Part shown: piece by piece, positions 53,291 through 64,000 of the stretch
Position numbering within the stretch: the stretch's first letter is position 1
Layout: every line of letters starts with the position of its first letter
From: an uncultured delta proteobacterium
Lineage (GTDB): Bacteria; Myxococcota; Myxococcia; SLRQ01
Direction of reading: 5' to 3'
Assembly: GCA_963727485.1 (NCBI GenBank)
Contig: CAVSGM010000002.1
Span: forward strand, 1,568,001 to 1,632,000
Length of the DNA stretch: 64,000 bases
Translations under genes and position numbers: made by a program
Notes under the pieces: model-generated
Database searches by the model: none
Seen by the model: only the letters and a program-made list of their open reading frames with translations
Told to the model about the DNA's origin: nothing

Positions 53291-53315
53291 ACCTTAGGGG
53301 CATCGGGGGAGGTCG

Positions 53316-54461
53316 ATGTCGGGGGACCGATGGGTGAGGAGTGCGCTGGCGGGGATCGTCTGCCTGGCGCTCGGTGTTGGATGTGAGCAGTCGTCCCACC
53401 GGGCGGTGCCGCCGGCTCCGCCACCGCGGCCCACGGCGCCCGAGACCGGGCCCGTGGCCACGGTGGATGGGCGGGCCGTGTCCCTGGCGCGGTTCAACCT
53501 GGTCTTCCAGGCGCGTTTCCCCAGGGGTGGCGCCCGGGGTCCCGTCGCCGGCGCCGCGGCGATGCGGCTCAAGGTCGCCATCGCCCGAGAGCTCGTCGAC
53601 GACCTGCTCGTGGACCAGGCGGCGCGCCGCCGCAGCATCCGCGTCGACGCCAAGGCCGTCGATGCCGAGGTCGCGCGGCTCGCGCACACCTTCCCCAGCC
53701 CCGTCGCCTACCGGGCGTACGTGGCGGGCTACCCGGAGCAGGCGGCCGGGGTGCGGCGGAGCGCCCGCCAGCGTCTCCTCCGCGACCGGCTCGCCGGGGT
53801 GTCACGGAAGGCGAGGGTGTCCCTCGCCGACGCGCGCGCCTACTACGAAGCCCACAAGTCGCGCTACGTCCACCCGGCGTACCTCGACGCGGCCGACCTC
53901 CTCCTCCCCGTGGTGAAGGGGGACGCCGCCGGCCTGGCCGCGGCCCGGGCCCAGGCGTTGCGCCTGGTGACGACCGCGCGGTCGCCCGACGTCGCGTTCT
54001 CCGACCTGGTGCGGGCCCACTCGAAGGGCCCAACGGCGCAGGTGGGAGGCGCCCTGCCGGGGGTCACCCCCAAGAACGCCGACCCGGCCATCTATGGGGC
54101 GCTCTCGCACCTTCGGCCGGGGCAGATCGCGGGCCCGGTGGTCGCCGCCGACGGGGTGCACGTCCTCAAGCTGCTCCGTAGACGGCCGGCGGCCGACACC
54201 TCCTTCGAGCAGGCCCGACCCGGCATCGAGGCCTCGCTGCGTCTGCGTCGTCGCTCGGACGAGGTGGCGGCGCTGCTGGTGTCCCTCCGCGCGCACGCCA
54301 AGATTGAGGATCACCTGGCAGAGCGCTACGCTGGCCTGCTGACGCCGCCGAAGCAGCTCCGGGCGACGCCGCAGGGTCTCTCCAGCTCGCCGACGGAGGC
54401 GCCCGCTCACGTCCACCCCGGCGGCACCGGGGCCGCGGCCGGGTCGAGCCATGGGCGCTGA
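53316..54461 (+). CDS. SurA/PrsA-like parvulin (PpiC-type) foldase lipoprotein
   Basis: Lipobox LGVG-C; VATVDG..VS, ELVDDLLVDQAARRRSI, AYYEAHKSRY, FSDLVRAHS..GG.L, LRPGQIAGPV...GVHVLKL, SFEQAR. Confidence 0.85.
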   Translation: MSGDRWVRSALAGIVCLALGVGCEQSSHRAVPPAPPPRPTAPETGPVATVDGRAVSLARFNLVFQARFPRGGARGPVAGAAAMRLKVAIARELVDDLLVDQAARRRSIRVDAKAVDAEVARLAHTFPSPVAYRAYVAGYPEQAAGVRRSARQRLLRDRLAGVSRKARVSLADARAYYEAHKSRYVHPAYLDAADLLLPVVKGDAAGLAAARAQALRLVTTARSPDVAFSDLVRAHSKGPTAQVGGALPGVTPKNADPAIYGALSHLRPGQIAGPVVAADGVHVLKLLRRRPAADTSFEQARPGIEASLRLRRRSDEVAALLVSLRAHAKIEDHLAERYAGLLTPPKQLRATPQGLSSSPTEAPAHVHPGGTGAAAGSSHGR

Positions 54462-57400
54462 CAGGCCCGGGCTCCATTCCCTGTCGATCGTGGTGGCGCT
54501 AGCGACGGCCCTCCTGATGCCGGTACGGGCACGAGCCGCGTGGGGTGCGACGGTCGAGCAGAAGGTCAAAGGTGGTCCCCAGTTGCTGCAGCTGATCATG
54601 GAGGACGACTACGACTGGGTAGCCGCCTGGACCTGCAACGTCACGGGCTTCACGCCCCGCTCCCCGGCCCCCGTCATCTCTCCCCTGGCCAGCGATCCGA
54701 GAATGGTCACGCCGGTCTCCCAGATCATGCATGCCGATGCATGCTGGGCGTACTGGGATGGTTCGGCGCTCGGGATGCAGTTCACCACCCAGTTCCTGTC
54801 GCTCGCGGACGTGGGTACCTGGACCATCGTGTGCGACGGCTACGAGGCGTCGCCGACCTACTGCTACGCCAGCAATCCGCCGTGTATCCCGACCTGCGAA
54901 ACCAGCGCGCTCGCCACTTGGGCCAACCCCTTCACCTTCACCATCGACGTCTACAACAACACGCCGAACATCACCGTCACCCACTCGCCCGCCCCCGCCT
55001 GGAACGCCACGGTCACCCTCGACGCCGTGGGCAGCGACCCCGATGGCGACGCGCTCTCCTACCACTGGCAGATCCTCCACCATCCGCCCACCTCGACCAC
55101 CCATCTCTCGAGCACCACGGCGAAGAGTCCGACCATCCACTTCACCAGCGATCACGACATCGGGCACTGGGAGTTCCAGGTCGACGTTGACGACGCCACC
55201 GGTGAGCGGCGCACCTTCACCCACTCCTTCGACGTCCCCAACGTCCCGCCGAGCATCACCATCAATGGGGCGACCGAGATCAACGCCCTCGACACCATCG
55301 CCCTGAACGCCACGCCCACGACCGATGTCGACGGGGGCAACCTCGGCATCGTCTGGGACATCGTCTCCAGCCCCCCCACCTCCACCCATGGGCCCCAGAG
55401 CCACTTCGGCACCGGGCCCACCTTCCCCGCCATCGTCACCACCGAGCAGGACATCGGCACCTGGACCATCCGGGCCACCGCCACCGACAACGAAGGCGCC
55501 ACGGATACCAAGGAAGCCACGGTCACCGTGAAGAACGTCCCCCCGGAGATCAACTTGGTGGGGGCGTCCCAGATCGAGGTGGGGGACACGATCCACGCGG
55601 AGACCACCATCCTCGACGACCAGGACGGCGGGTCGCTGACCTTCAGCTGGGACCTCATCCAGGTGCCCCAGTCTGCGGGCATCCCCATCCAGGACGGGCT
55701 GTTCACCGGCTCGTCCATCGATATCCCCACGACCTACGACGACGCCGGGACCTGGGTCTTCGAGCTCACCGCCACCGACAACGAGGGCGCCAGCGTCACC
55801 CAGGACTACACGGTCCTGGTCGATGCCCCGCCGGAGGCCGACATCCAGGTCAGCTCGGCCACGGCGACGCCGGGCGCCGACCCCCCGGTGGTCGGCATCG
55901 GCGACTTCCCCCTCGTCCTCGACGCCAGCGGCTCGGTGGATCCCGACTCGCCATGCCCCTCCGACCCGGACCGCTGCCACGACACCGCCGGCCAGCCGGT
56001 CGTGATCTCGCCGGGAATCTCGGGCTACCAGTGGTCCCTGGTCGACGAGCCCCTCGAAGAGGTCGGGATCCTACCGCTGGGGCGGGTGGATGAGGTCTTC
56101 GGGATCGACGGCTCGAGCCCGACCGTGACCTTCGATCACTGGCTCGATCTCGCGCCGGGCCAGTACACCTTCCAGGTGGAGGTGTGGGACGGGGAGGGCA
56201 ACAGCGACACCGCCTTGCAGCGGGTGGTGGTGCTGGACGTCAACAGCAACCCCATCGCGGTGGTGAGCCCGCCGGCGCGTTACACCACCACGCCCTCGGG
56301 GACCGCGCCCACCGACATCACCCTCTCGGCAGCGAGTAGCTTCGACCTCGACAACGTCCTGGCGGGCGACACTCCGGGACCCGGCGTGGGGATCGTCGAC
56401 TACCAGTGGGCGGTCGAGGCACCGCCCGGGTGCGCGCCGCCGGCCCTCCCCTCGGGGGCGGGTGCGGCAGAGGTCACCCTCTACTCGGCCGGTGACCCCA
56501 TCGATCCCACCTGCCAGGGGCGCTGGACCTTCACCGCGACCGTGGGGGACGACGACACGCCCCAGAAGCACGGGTCGGCCGAGACCACCGTGGTCATCGG
56601 GAACTGCCCCCAGCCCCTGTGCATCGACGCCCCCACCACCGCGCTGCCCGACGTGGTCGACTTCTCCGACCAGACGGACGTCTCGATCTACTACCACCTG
56701 GACTCGGCCATCTACACCGACCCCTCCCTGGCCTACGGCCTCTTCGCCGAGCTGGACATCTACGACGAGCACGACCTCTCGACGCCCTTCCACACCGACT
56801 TCGATCCCAACGTCCTGGCCTCCGACCGCGGCAGCTTCCTGGTGTTCAACTGGAACGGCTACGGGGACACCTTCCTCCGGCCCGAGAGCGGGCCCTACGA
56901 CGTGGCGATCACCGTGCTCGACTACGGTTTCAGCACCACGCCGTTCACCGCGACCCAGCCGGCGAGCATCGAGATCGCCGTCGCCGATCCCCAGGTCCTG
57001 CCCACGAGCGACCGCTACGCGCGTTTCGGCGATCTCGACGACGGCTCGACGCAGCTGCACTTCAACTACCAGATCAACGGCGGGGTCACCGTCGACACCC
57101 TTCACTTCAAGATCTTCGATGCCGCCCACACCGAGCTGCTCGACCAGGCGGTGCCCGGGGCGGTGACCCCCGCGGGTACCGTGACCTGGGACGGCAAGAT
57201 CGCCGGGGTCACCCTGGCGCCGGGCGACTACACCTTCCAGCTCGACGCCCGGCGGGGCTCGGCCTCGCTTGGCACCAGCCCCCCCTACACCTTCACCGTC
57301 TACAAGCTGGGGGTGAAGCCGCACGCGGGGGCGGTGCCGGCCCAGGGGCTGGCGGTGTTCGTGAATGACGACGACGATGACCAGAACGGCAGCCCCGACG

Positions 57401-59034
57401 TGGGGCAGAACCCGGCACCGGCCGCCGAGAACGACCTGGTGCAGCTGGACCTGGTCTTCGAGCCGGCCACCCTGGCGGGCACCCTGAGGGTCAGCGCCGA
57501 CAGCGCCACCCCCGGCTTCAAGGTCTGGCCGGCGGCCACCAAGGGCGCCGAGATCTCCCTGCCCAAGAGCTACGACACCCAGGCGAGCCCGCCGCCGGCC
57601 TCGATCTGGGTCGAGGGGACCGCCGCTCGCTCCGCGGAGATCCGCGTCGACCTGACGCCCACCGGCTCGGCGGCGCTGCCCCAGCAGAAGCTCAAGCTCG
57701 ACCTGGTCGATCTCCAGGTGATGGTCGACAGCAACAACGATCACTCCGTCGATGCCGGGGACACGGCGGCCTCCTTCCTGGACCTCGCCCGGTGGGACAA
57801 CGCCTATGGGGCGGCGCCCGGCTTTGCGGTGGCCAACGGGGCGGATCCCGCCAACCTCGTGGAGCAGGATCCGGCGCGCTTCTACCTCCGGGTCGCGGAT
57901 CCCGCCGCCAACGCCGACCCCACCCACGCCGAGACCATCCACGTGGACGTCGCCACCCGCGACGGCGCGGGCAACCCGAACGACGACCCGACCGCCGAGG
58001 ACCTGGTGGAGACTGGCGCCAACACCGGGGTCTTCGTCACCCGATCTCAGCTGCTGACCACCAACGACCTCCCCAACTCCGACGACGACTTCGCGGTGCA
58101 CGCCGGGGCGGGGGTGGTGGCCGACGACGCGACGAACGACCGCACCCACCGCGCCGACATGGACGGATCGGTGTGGCTCGGCTACCAGCCGCCGGGCGCC
58201 GCGGTGAAGAAGCTGGTGTCCCTCCCCGTCTGTCAGCGCGTGCCGGAGCAGCGACGCAAGGCCAAGATCCGCGTGATCCTCTTCAACGAGCCCTACCAGG
58301 ACACGGGCTACGACGACGACGGCAATCCCGCGACGCCGATGGTCGGGGCGGGCAACGGCACCTTCGACTACACCGACCTGAACCACAACGGGAAGCACGA
58401 CGCCGGCGAGCCCAGTGAGCCGTTCTGGGACCTGAGCAACGGGGCGGCGGGCTATGGCCATGCCGGCGCGCGAGGCACCATCGTCGACGCGGCCTACGTC
58501 CAGGCCCAGGTGGCGCGTGCCAACCTGGCGTGGGGGCCAGCGTGCATCCGCTTCGAGGTGGTGACGACGGTCACGGCCGATGCCCCGAAGAACGCGGGCA
58601 TTGGAATCCTCAACGACGGGCAATACGACCCCGCGACCGACGAGCCCACCCTGATCGCAGCCTACGCGCCCGGGACCACGGTCGACACCATCGATCTGTT
58701 CTTCTTCCCCCTCGCTCCGGCGCTCCACGCCAACGCCCTCACCCGGGGGCCCTACGACCAGCTCCCCGGCCTCGGGGAGAAGACCTTCGTCTACGTGGCG
58801 CCCCGGCTGCCGATCGACTTCCGCACCCTCGCCCACGAGCTCGGCCATGCCCTCGACAACGGGCCGGACAACAACAACCCCATGCCCATCTTCTACCCGG
58901 CGAACAACACCTTCCACGACAACGCGGTGAACAGCTACCGGCGGTTTACCCAGGCCACCCAGACCCGGGCGCGCACCACCCGCCCCGCGGGAAGCATGTT
59001 GGCCCCGGGCAACCGGATCCTGGTCCTTCCATGA
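54451..59034 (+). CDS. Giant secreted multidomain protein (1527 aa): about 5 PKD-like repeats, 2 FlgD-Ig-like domains, Asp-rich motifs, C-terminal HExxH zincin-like domain
   Basis: Signal peptide; SDPDGD.LSYHW, GTW....ATDNEG, LDASGSVDPD repeats; WNG/WDG...PG.Y; VNDDDDDQNGSPD; ETGANTGVF; DLNHNGKHDAGE; TLAHELGHAL at 58834-58848. Confidence 0.85.
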   Translation: MGADRPGLHSLSIVVALATALLMPVRARAAWGATVEQKVKGGPQLLQLIMEDDYDWVAAWTCNVTGFTPRSPAPVISPLASDPRMVTPVSQIMHADACWAYWDGSALGMQFTTQFLSLADVGTWTIVCDGYEASPTYCYASNPPCIPTCETSALATWANPFTFTIDVYNNTPNITVTHSPAPAWNATVTLDAVGSDPDGDALSYHWQILHHPPTSTTHLSSTTAKSPTIHFTSDHDIGHWEFQVDVDDATGERRTFTHSFDVPNVPPSITINGATEINALDTIALNATPTTDVDGGNLGIVWDIVSSPPTSTHGPQSHFGTGPTFPAIVTTEQDIGTWTIRATATDNEGATDTKEATVTVKNVPPEINLVGASQIEVGDTIHAETTILDDQDGGSLTFSWDLIQVPQSAGIPIQDGLFTGSSIDIPTTYDDAGTWVFELTATDNEGASVTQDYTVLVDAPPEADIQVSSATATPGADPPVVGIGDFPLVLDASGSVDPDSPCPSDPDRCHDTAGQPVVISPGISGYQWSLVDEPLEEVGILPLGRVDEVFGIDGSSPTVTFDHWLDLAPGQYTFQVEVWDGEGNSDTALQRVVVLDVNSNPIAVVSPPARYTTTPSGTAPTDITLSAASSFDLDNVLAGDTPGPGVGIVDYQWAVEAPPGCAPPALPSGAGAAEVTLYSAGDPIDPTCQGRWTFTATVGDDDTPQKHGSAETTVVIGNCPQPLCIDAPTTALPDVVDFSDQTDVSIYYHLDSAIYTDPSLAYGLFAELDIYDEHDLSTPFHTDFDPNVLASDRGSFLVFNWNGYGDTFLRPESGPYDVAITVLDYGFSTTPFTATQPASIEIAVADPQVLPTSDRYARFGDLDDGSTQLHFNYQINGGVTVDTLHFKIFDAAHTELLDQAVPGAVTPAGTVTWDGKIAGVTLAPGDYTFQLDARRGSASLGTSPPYTFTVYKLGVKPHAGAVPAQGLAVFVNDDDDDQNGSPDVGQNPAPAAENDLVQLDLVFEPATLAGTLRVSADSATPGFKVWPAATKGAEISLPKSYDTQASPPPASIWVEGTAARSAEIRVDLTPTGSAALPQQKLKLDLVDLQVMVDSNNDHSVDAGDTAASFLDLARWDNAYGAAPGFAVANGADPANLVEQDPARFYLRVADPAANADPTHAETIHVDVATRDGAGNPNDDPTAEDLVETGANTGVFVTRSQLLTTNDLPNSDDDFAVHAGAGVVADDATNDRTHRADMDGSVWLGYQPPGAAVKKLVSLPVCQRVPEQRRKAKIRVILFNEPYQDTGYDDDGNPATPMVGAGNGTFDYTDLNHNGKHDAGEPSEPFWDLSNGAAGYGHAGARGTIVDAAYVQAQVARANLAWGPACIRFEVVTTVTADAPKNAGIGILNDGQYDPATDEPTLIAAYAPGTTVDTIDLFFFPLAPALHANALTRGPYDQLPGLGEKTFVYVAPRLPIDFRTLAHELGHALDNGPDNNNPMPIFYPANNTFHDNAVNSYRRFTQATQTRARTTRPAGSMLAPGNRILVLP

Positions 59035-59705
59035 GAAGAGGCGTTCCCATGAGAGCCATCGCCCTGCCCCTCGCCGCCGTCGCGTGCGTTGCCGTCACCG
59101 TGAACCTGGCCCGCGCCCAGGCCGCCAAGCCCCCACCCCAGGAGACGGTGCGCCACTTCCTCTCCCTGGCGCACGGTCTCTACCGACTCGCACCCGAGGA
59201 CCGGAAGACGCTCGCGGCGATGAAGGCGGACCCGGCGCCCTACGTCGCCGCGGTGCGCCACGAGATGCCCACCGTGCAGGCCGCCGTCGCCTCCGACCGC
59301 CAGCTGTCCCGGTTGGCGTTCGGGGGCGCCATCCTCGGGGCACTCGGGACGAGCGAGGCGACCGATCTCCTCGCCCAGTGGTACATCTCGGCCGATCGGA
59401 TCACAGCCAAGGCGAAGACCCGGGCCGTACGGCGCCGAGCCATGAGCCTGGCGACCAGCCTGCTCGCCTCCCTCGGTACCACCCGGAAGCCGGCGTTGGT
59501 CACGTATCTGCTGGGGCGGCTGGAGAAGATGAATGCGGCCCCTCGCGGGAGCGCACTGGAGTACCTCCTGCGCTCCAGCGCCGACGACCCGGCGGTGCGG
59601 GCGAAGCTTCGCAGCCTCTCCGAGAAGAAGGGCGCGCCCCTCCACGGGGACCCGACCACCAATGCCGTTCTCAAGGAGATGCTCCGGAGGCACCCGGAGA
59701 AATGA
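59031..59705 (+). CDS. Small secreted, basic, helical (HEAT-like) hypothetical protein
   Basis: ATGA overlap with the upstream stop (alternative ATG 59049); signal peptide ending ARA-QA; ATGA overlap with the downstream gene. Confidence 0.72.
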   Translation: MRRGVPMRAIALPLAAVACVAVTVNLARAQAAKPPPQETVRHFLSLAHGLYRLAPEDRKTLAAMKADPAPYVAAVRHEMPTVQAAVASDRQLSRLAFGGAILGALGTSEATDLLAQWYISADRITAKAKTRAVRRRAMSLATSLLASLGTTRKPALVTYLLGRLEKMNAAPRGSALEYLLRSSADDPAVRAKLRSLSEKKGAPLHGDPTTNAVLKEMLRRHPEK

Positions 59706-62700
59706 GCCACGCCCGCCTACCCTGCGCCGCGGCGCTGGCGCTCCTCCTGACGGCGGTGGCCTCCCCGGCGCGCGCCCAGACCGTGGAGTACGGCACCGGC
59801 ATCGTGGTCTCCGGCGGCTTCCACGTGCCCGCGGGCCTGGCCATCGACGGCGCCGATGACCGGGTGCTGGTGGCGGACACCGGCCACCACCGGATCGCCT
59901 ACACTCCCATCTCCTCCCTCGCGGCCTCCCCGACCTGGTCGACCTTCGGCTACGTCGCCTCCCGCAGCGCGCCCGAAGCCCTCAACGAGCCCCAGGGCGT
60001 GGCGGCCGATGGCGCCGGCAACGTCTACGTGGTCGACACCTTCGACAACGAGGTCCAGCACTACGCCTGGGACCCGGCGTCGAGCACCTACGTCTATGAC
60101 CTCGCCTTCGCCGGCACCACCCGCCACAGCGTGGGCGGCGTCGCCATCGCGCTGCCCCGGGACATCGCCGTCGGGCCCGGCGGCAAGGTCTATCTCCTCG
60201 ACTCGGGGAACAAGCGGATCCTGGTGGCCGACGGCCCCGCCGACGACAGCTGGTCGGTGGCCGCCAGCGATCCCGGCTGGGGCAACCCCTACGGCCTGGC
60301 CGTGGCGCCGGACGGGACGCTCTACGTCGCAGACACCGACCACGCGCGGATCGTGAAGATCCCTCCGTCGGGCCCCAGCGTCAGCTTCGGCGGCTACGGT
60401 ACCGGCGACGGGCTCTTTCGTGGCCCCCGGGACGTGGCCGTGGCCCCGGACGGCAAGCTCTTCGTCGCCGACACCGAGAACCACCGGGTGGTGGTGCTCC
60501 GGCCCGACGGCACCCAGTACGCGGTGCTGGGGGTGGCGCCGCTCTTCGGGGATCCGCAGAAGGTGGCCGTGGACGCGGCGGGGCACGTTTTCGTCATCGA
60601 CTCCGAGTACGATCGCCTCGTCGCCTTCCTCGGCCCCGCCGCCACCCAGCCCTTCAATCTCTACCTGCGCGACTACGTCGGGGACGACGGGACCCAGCCC
60701 TCGCCAGACACCTTCGTCCTCTCGTCCCCCGACATCCTGGTGCGCCACGCGCCGGACGTGGACCTGGCGACCGCGGGGTCGAGCGGCCTGGAGGCCTACG
60801 CCTTCCAGCAGCCCCGCTACGGCGAGAACAGCTACGTGTACCTGGCGGTGCACAATCGCGGCGCCCACGTGGGGACCGGCACCGTGGCTCGGATCTACTG
60901 GGCGGATCCCGGTGGGGCGCTCCACTTCCCCGGAGACTTCCACGCGGACGGGCTCTACCAGAGCTACGTGGACAGCTCGATCAACACGTCCGGCAACACC
61001 CTGGCTGTCTCCTCGGTCGACGCCCGCTCGGGAAGCCCGGCGGCCGATGGGGTCACGGTCGTCGGCCCCATCGTCTGGCGGCCGCCGGCCCCCGAGTCGA
61101 CCTCGGCCGGCGACGGGAAGCTCGATTCTCGAGGTGAGACTGCTCAACCCTGCCGACCCCACGGCCCCCGCCACCGGGCTCGACGAGGTCCACGCCAGCA
61201 ACAACGTGGCCCTGCGCCGGGTGACGGTCGAGCGCGGCCCGTTCCCCATCGGCGACCAGGACACCCTGGTGGTACGCGTCGACTTTCCCGACGTCTCCGG
61301 AGACGCCGACCGGACCACGGTGGAGACGCGTATCACCGAGGCCGGCGCCTGGCTCACCGAGGTGAGCTACGGCCTGGCGCATCTCAAGCCCCTCTACCGG
61401 GGGCCCGTCATGCTCTCCCACCCCGAGAGCTACTACTCGACCGGTGACCAGACGGTGCTGATCGACATGACCACCGAGGTGCTCGAAACCCTGCTGGCTT
61501 CGGAGCCGGGGGTCCTCGACGGGCCCACGGCCGACCCCGCGGACGACATCGATCGGGTGGTCCTGGTGGTCAACGACCCGGCCTTCAGCAAGGACTTCGC
61601 CACCACCGGCCACTGGCCGTTCTCGCTCACCGGAGGCGTTCGCTACCTCTCGGTGTCGGTGCAGGGGCCAAACAACCCGACGCCCCAGTTCGCCCACGGC
61701 CTCTCGCACCAGCTCGGCCTCGAGGATCTCTACATCCACCCCAACGTCTCGTTCCCCAAGCCGCACGTGGTCGACGGTTGGGACAACATGGCGAAGCCGG
61801 AGAACGGGGTGCACCCACTCACCTGGTCCAAGGAGCTGGCGTCCTGGGTGACCTCGAGCGGGGCCCGAATCGTCTACATCCCGCGGCCGGATCCCGCGCA
61901 CCCGCGCGCTGGCCAGCCCGCGATCCAGCTCGCCTATCAGACCATCGCCACCAGCGGCCAGAACGCGGCGATCGCCATTGGGCTCACCGAGGGGGTGACC
62001 ACCTTCGAGGAGGAGACCCAGTTCTACTGGATCGAAGCGCGTAGCCCGTCGTTGGGGAACGCCGACGCCGTGGTACCCCAGGACGGCGTCATCATGTACT
62101 ACGCGAACAAGCGGATCCCCCAGGGGCAGGCGCCGGTCATCCTGAGGGACCACGTGCCCGGAACGCCCACCCTCGATGACGCCGCGATCCCCGTCGGTGG
62201 CTCGGAGAGCCCGGCAGGCACCGGCATCACCGCCACCGTGACCGGCAAGCTCCCGGCGAACGGCGGCTACCGGGTGACCGTCGACTACGCGCCCCCCGTG
62301 ACCGACTACGACGTCTACCTCCGGCAGGGGGCGCACCCGTGGCAGAGCCCCGACGTGTGGATCGACCATCAGCCCTACGCGGGCACGCCGACCCCGGGCA
62401 GCGAAGAGCCTACCGGGGGAGAGGAGAACCGGCTCTACGCCCGGGTACACAACGACGGGCCGGCGACCGCCTACCATGTCGAGGTGCGCTTCCTCCTGTC
62501 GGCGCCCTACCACACGGTCGGCGGCGCTGGGTCCTTCGACCTCTACAAGATCGTGTACATCGACGAGATCCCGCCAGGGGCCTATCGCGATGCCTACGTG
62601 GTGTGGACGCCGGCAGGCTCGGGCGATCCCCACAACTGCGCCAAGGTGGACCTGCCGAACCTGATCAACGACACCAACCCCGCCAACGACTCGGCGCAGC

Positions 62701-64000
62701 AGAACTTCACCGTCCAGTACTCGAACCACTCGAGCCCCTACGACCTCGTCGACTTCCACTTCCAGGTGCGCAACGCCACCAAGCGGCCGTCGCTCGTCTA
62801 CTTCCGGGCCGATGGCCTCCCCCGGGGTTGGGCGCACCAGGTGATCCCGGCCAAGAAGCTGCTCCAGCCCAACGAGACGGCGGTGGGGGAGCTGCGGATG
62901 CACCCACCGATCACGGCGCCGTCATGCACGGACCACGAGGTGGAGCTCACGGCCTGGACGCCGCGGGGAGACACGCTGGTCCGCCTCGGGGGCACCACGG
63001 TGGACGCGGCGCTTCGGGACCGGACGCTCCTGAGCCTGGGGACGCTCTTCGGGTCGTGCGGTGGCCTCGCCGGGGGCGGGAAGCAGCCCCCGCCCACCCG
63101 GGGGCCGACCGCGGGTCTGGCGGTGGCACCGGGTGATCCCGCGGACGGGCACGTCTTCGGCTGGGGCCAGGCGCAGACCACGCTGCCGCCGCCCGGCTAC
63201 ACTCGCCTGAGTCCCGAGGTCGTCGACGCGGCCGAGATCGAGCACCGGCGCAACGAGGCGGCGCTGCTTCCCACGGTGAGGGAGCGGCCGCGGCCCTGTG
63301 GGCTCATCGGAGCGGTCGGCTGCACCTCTCCACCACGTCCCCACCAGACGGTGCTGGTGCGCTATCGGGACCCCTCGGGCAACCCGGTGTACCACCAGGT
63401 GGAGACCGACAGCCTCGGCTGCTACCAGGACGCCTACATCGTCGTCGAGGGCGGGGCGTGGAAGGCGACCGCGTCCTTTCCAGGGGACCGCTGTGCCGGG
63501 CCGGTGCGCGGCACGGTGGGCCTGACCGTCCCCCTCGCGGTGACCGGCGACCAGGACCACGACGGGCTCCCCGACAAGGACGAGGTCCAGGGCGACGCCG
63601 ACGGTGACGGGGTCCCCAACGTCCTCGACCCGGACAGCGACAACGACGGGGTGCCCGATGGGGCGGAGGCGCCGGGCGACGCCGACCACGACGGAGTCTC
63701 CAACGTGGTGGACCCGGACAGCGACAACGACGGCGTCCCGGACGGATCCGATCCGAGCCCCTATCACTACTGTCAGCTCTCTCGGCCGGCACGGGCGCGC
63801 GCGCTCGCCGCCTGCCTGGCGCTGGTGCTCCTGGCGGGGCTCATGCTCGTGGCCTCGCTCTTCGGCAAGCGCTGGTGGCTCGCCCTGCTCGCGGCGGTGC
63901 TGCTGCTCGTCGCCCACCTCCTGGCCCAGGGGCGTTGCGTCGACGCCTTCGTGCGACCGGCGTTCTTCCTCATGCTCGTCGCCCTGGCGGTCGCCATCGT
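59702..64000 (+). CDS. Large surface protein (>1430 aa, 3'-partial): NHL propeller, SPD(I/V) Ig-like domains, M6-like metalloprotease fold with HGxxH, TSP3-like repeats, C-terminal TM helices; +1 frameshift near 61126
   Basis: Signal peptide; NHL repeats (PxGxAxD...YVADTxNHR); LYLRDYVGDDG...SSPDILVR; after the shift the frame is open to base 64000 (absent from the ORF track): VRVDFPD, EVSYG, FAHGLSHQLGLEDLY, WDNMA, YWIEAR, WQSPDVWID, DxDxDGxPD repeats at 63549-63760, three hydrophobic helices. Confidence 0.83.

Overview
Very GC-rich bacterial chromosomal DNA with about 43 protein-coding genes. Gene content suggests Myxococcota or a related lineage (inference from PAS-HisKA-HATPase-REC kinases with FxTGGAFT receivers, DUF2330, and DGG/Cys-rich lipoproteins). 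I found no rRNA, tRNA, CRISPR array or recognisable IS or integrase. Most long ORFs in the supplied track are GC-rich shadow frames. About ten genes carry single-base frameshifts that look like long-read consensus errors, four of them GATC->GATTC. Main points: (1) a B12/radical-SAM gene whose apparent TGA stop is very likely selenocysteine (WYC-U-AEP tail plus a downstream SECIS-like hairpin); (2) an RnfD/NqrB-like membrane gene followed by two near-identical DUF2330 paralogues; (3) purL; (4) an alpha-2-macroglobulin (CTEQ thioester)-pbpC operon headed by a ~1730-aa uncharacterised secreted protein and divergent from a ~1390-aa internally duplicated membrane protein; (5) an acr3-arsC / smtB-CDF metal(loid) cluster with an SmtB-type operator; (6) a lipoprotein plus fibre-like protein pair; (7) a coupled four-gene surface-protein operon (parvulin foldase, PKD/FlgD/HExxH giant protein, small secreted protein, NHL/M6-like pseudo-protease with TSP3 repeats and TM anchor) that runs off the window end. 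All family calls are from motif recognition by eye, not database searches.
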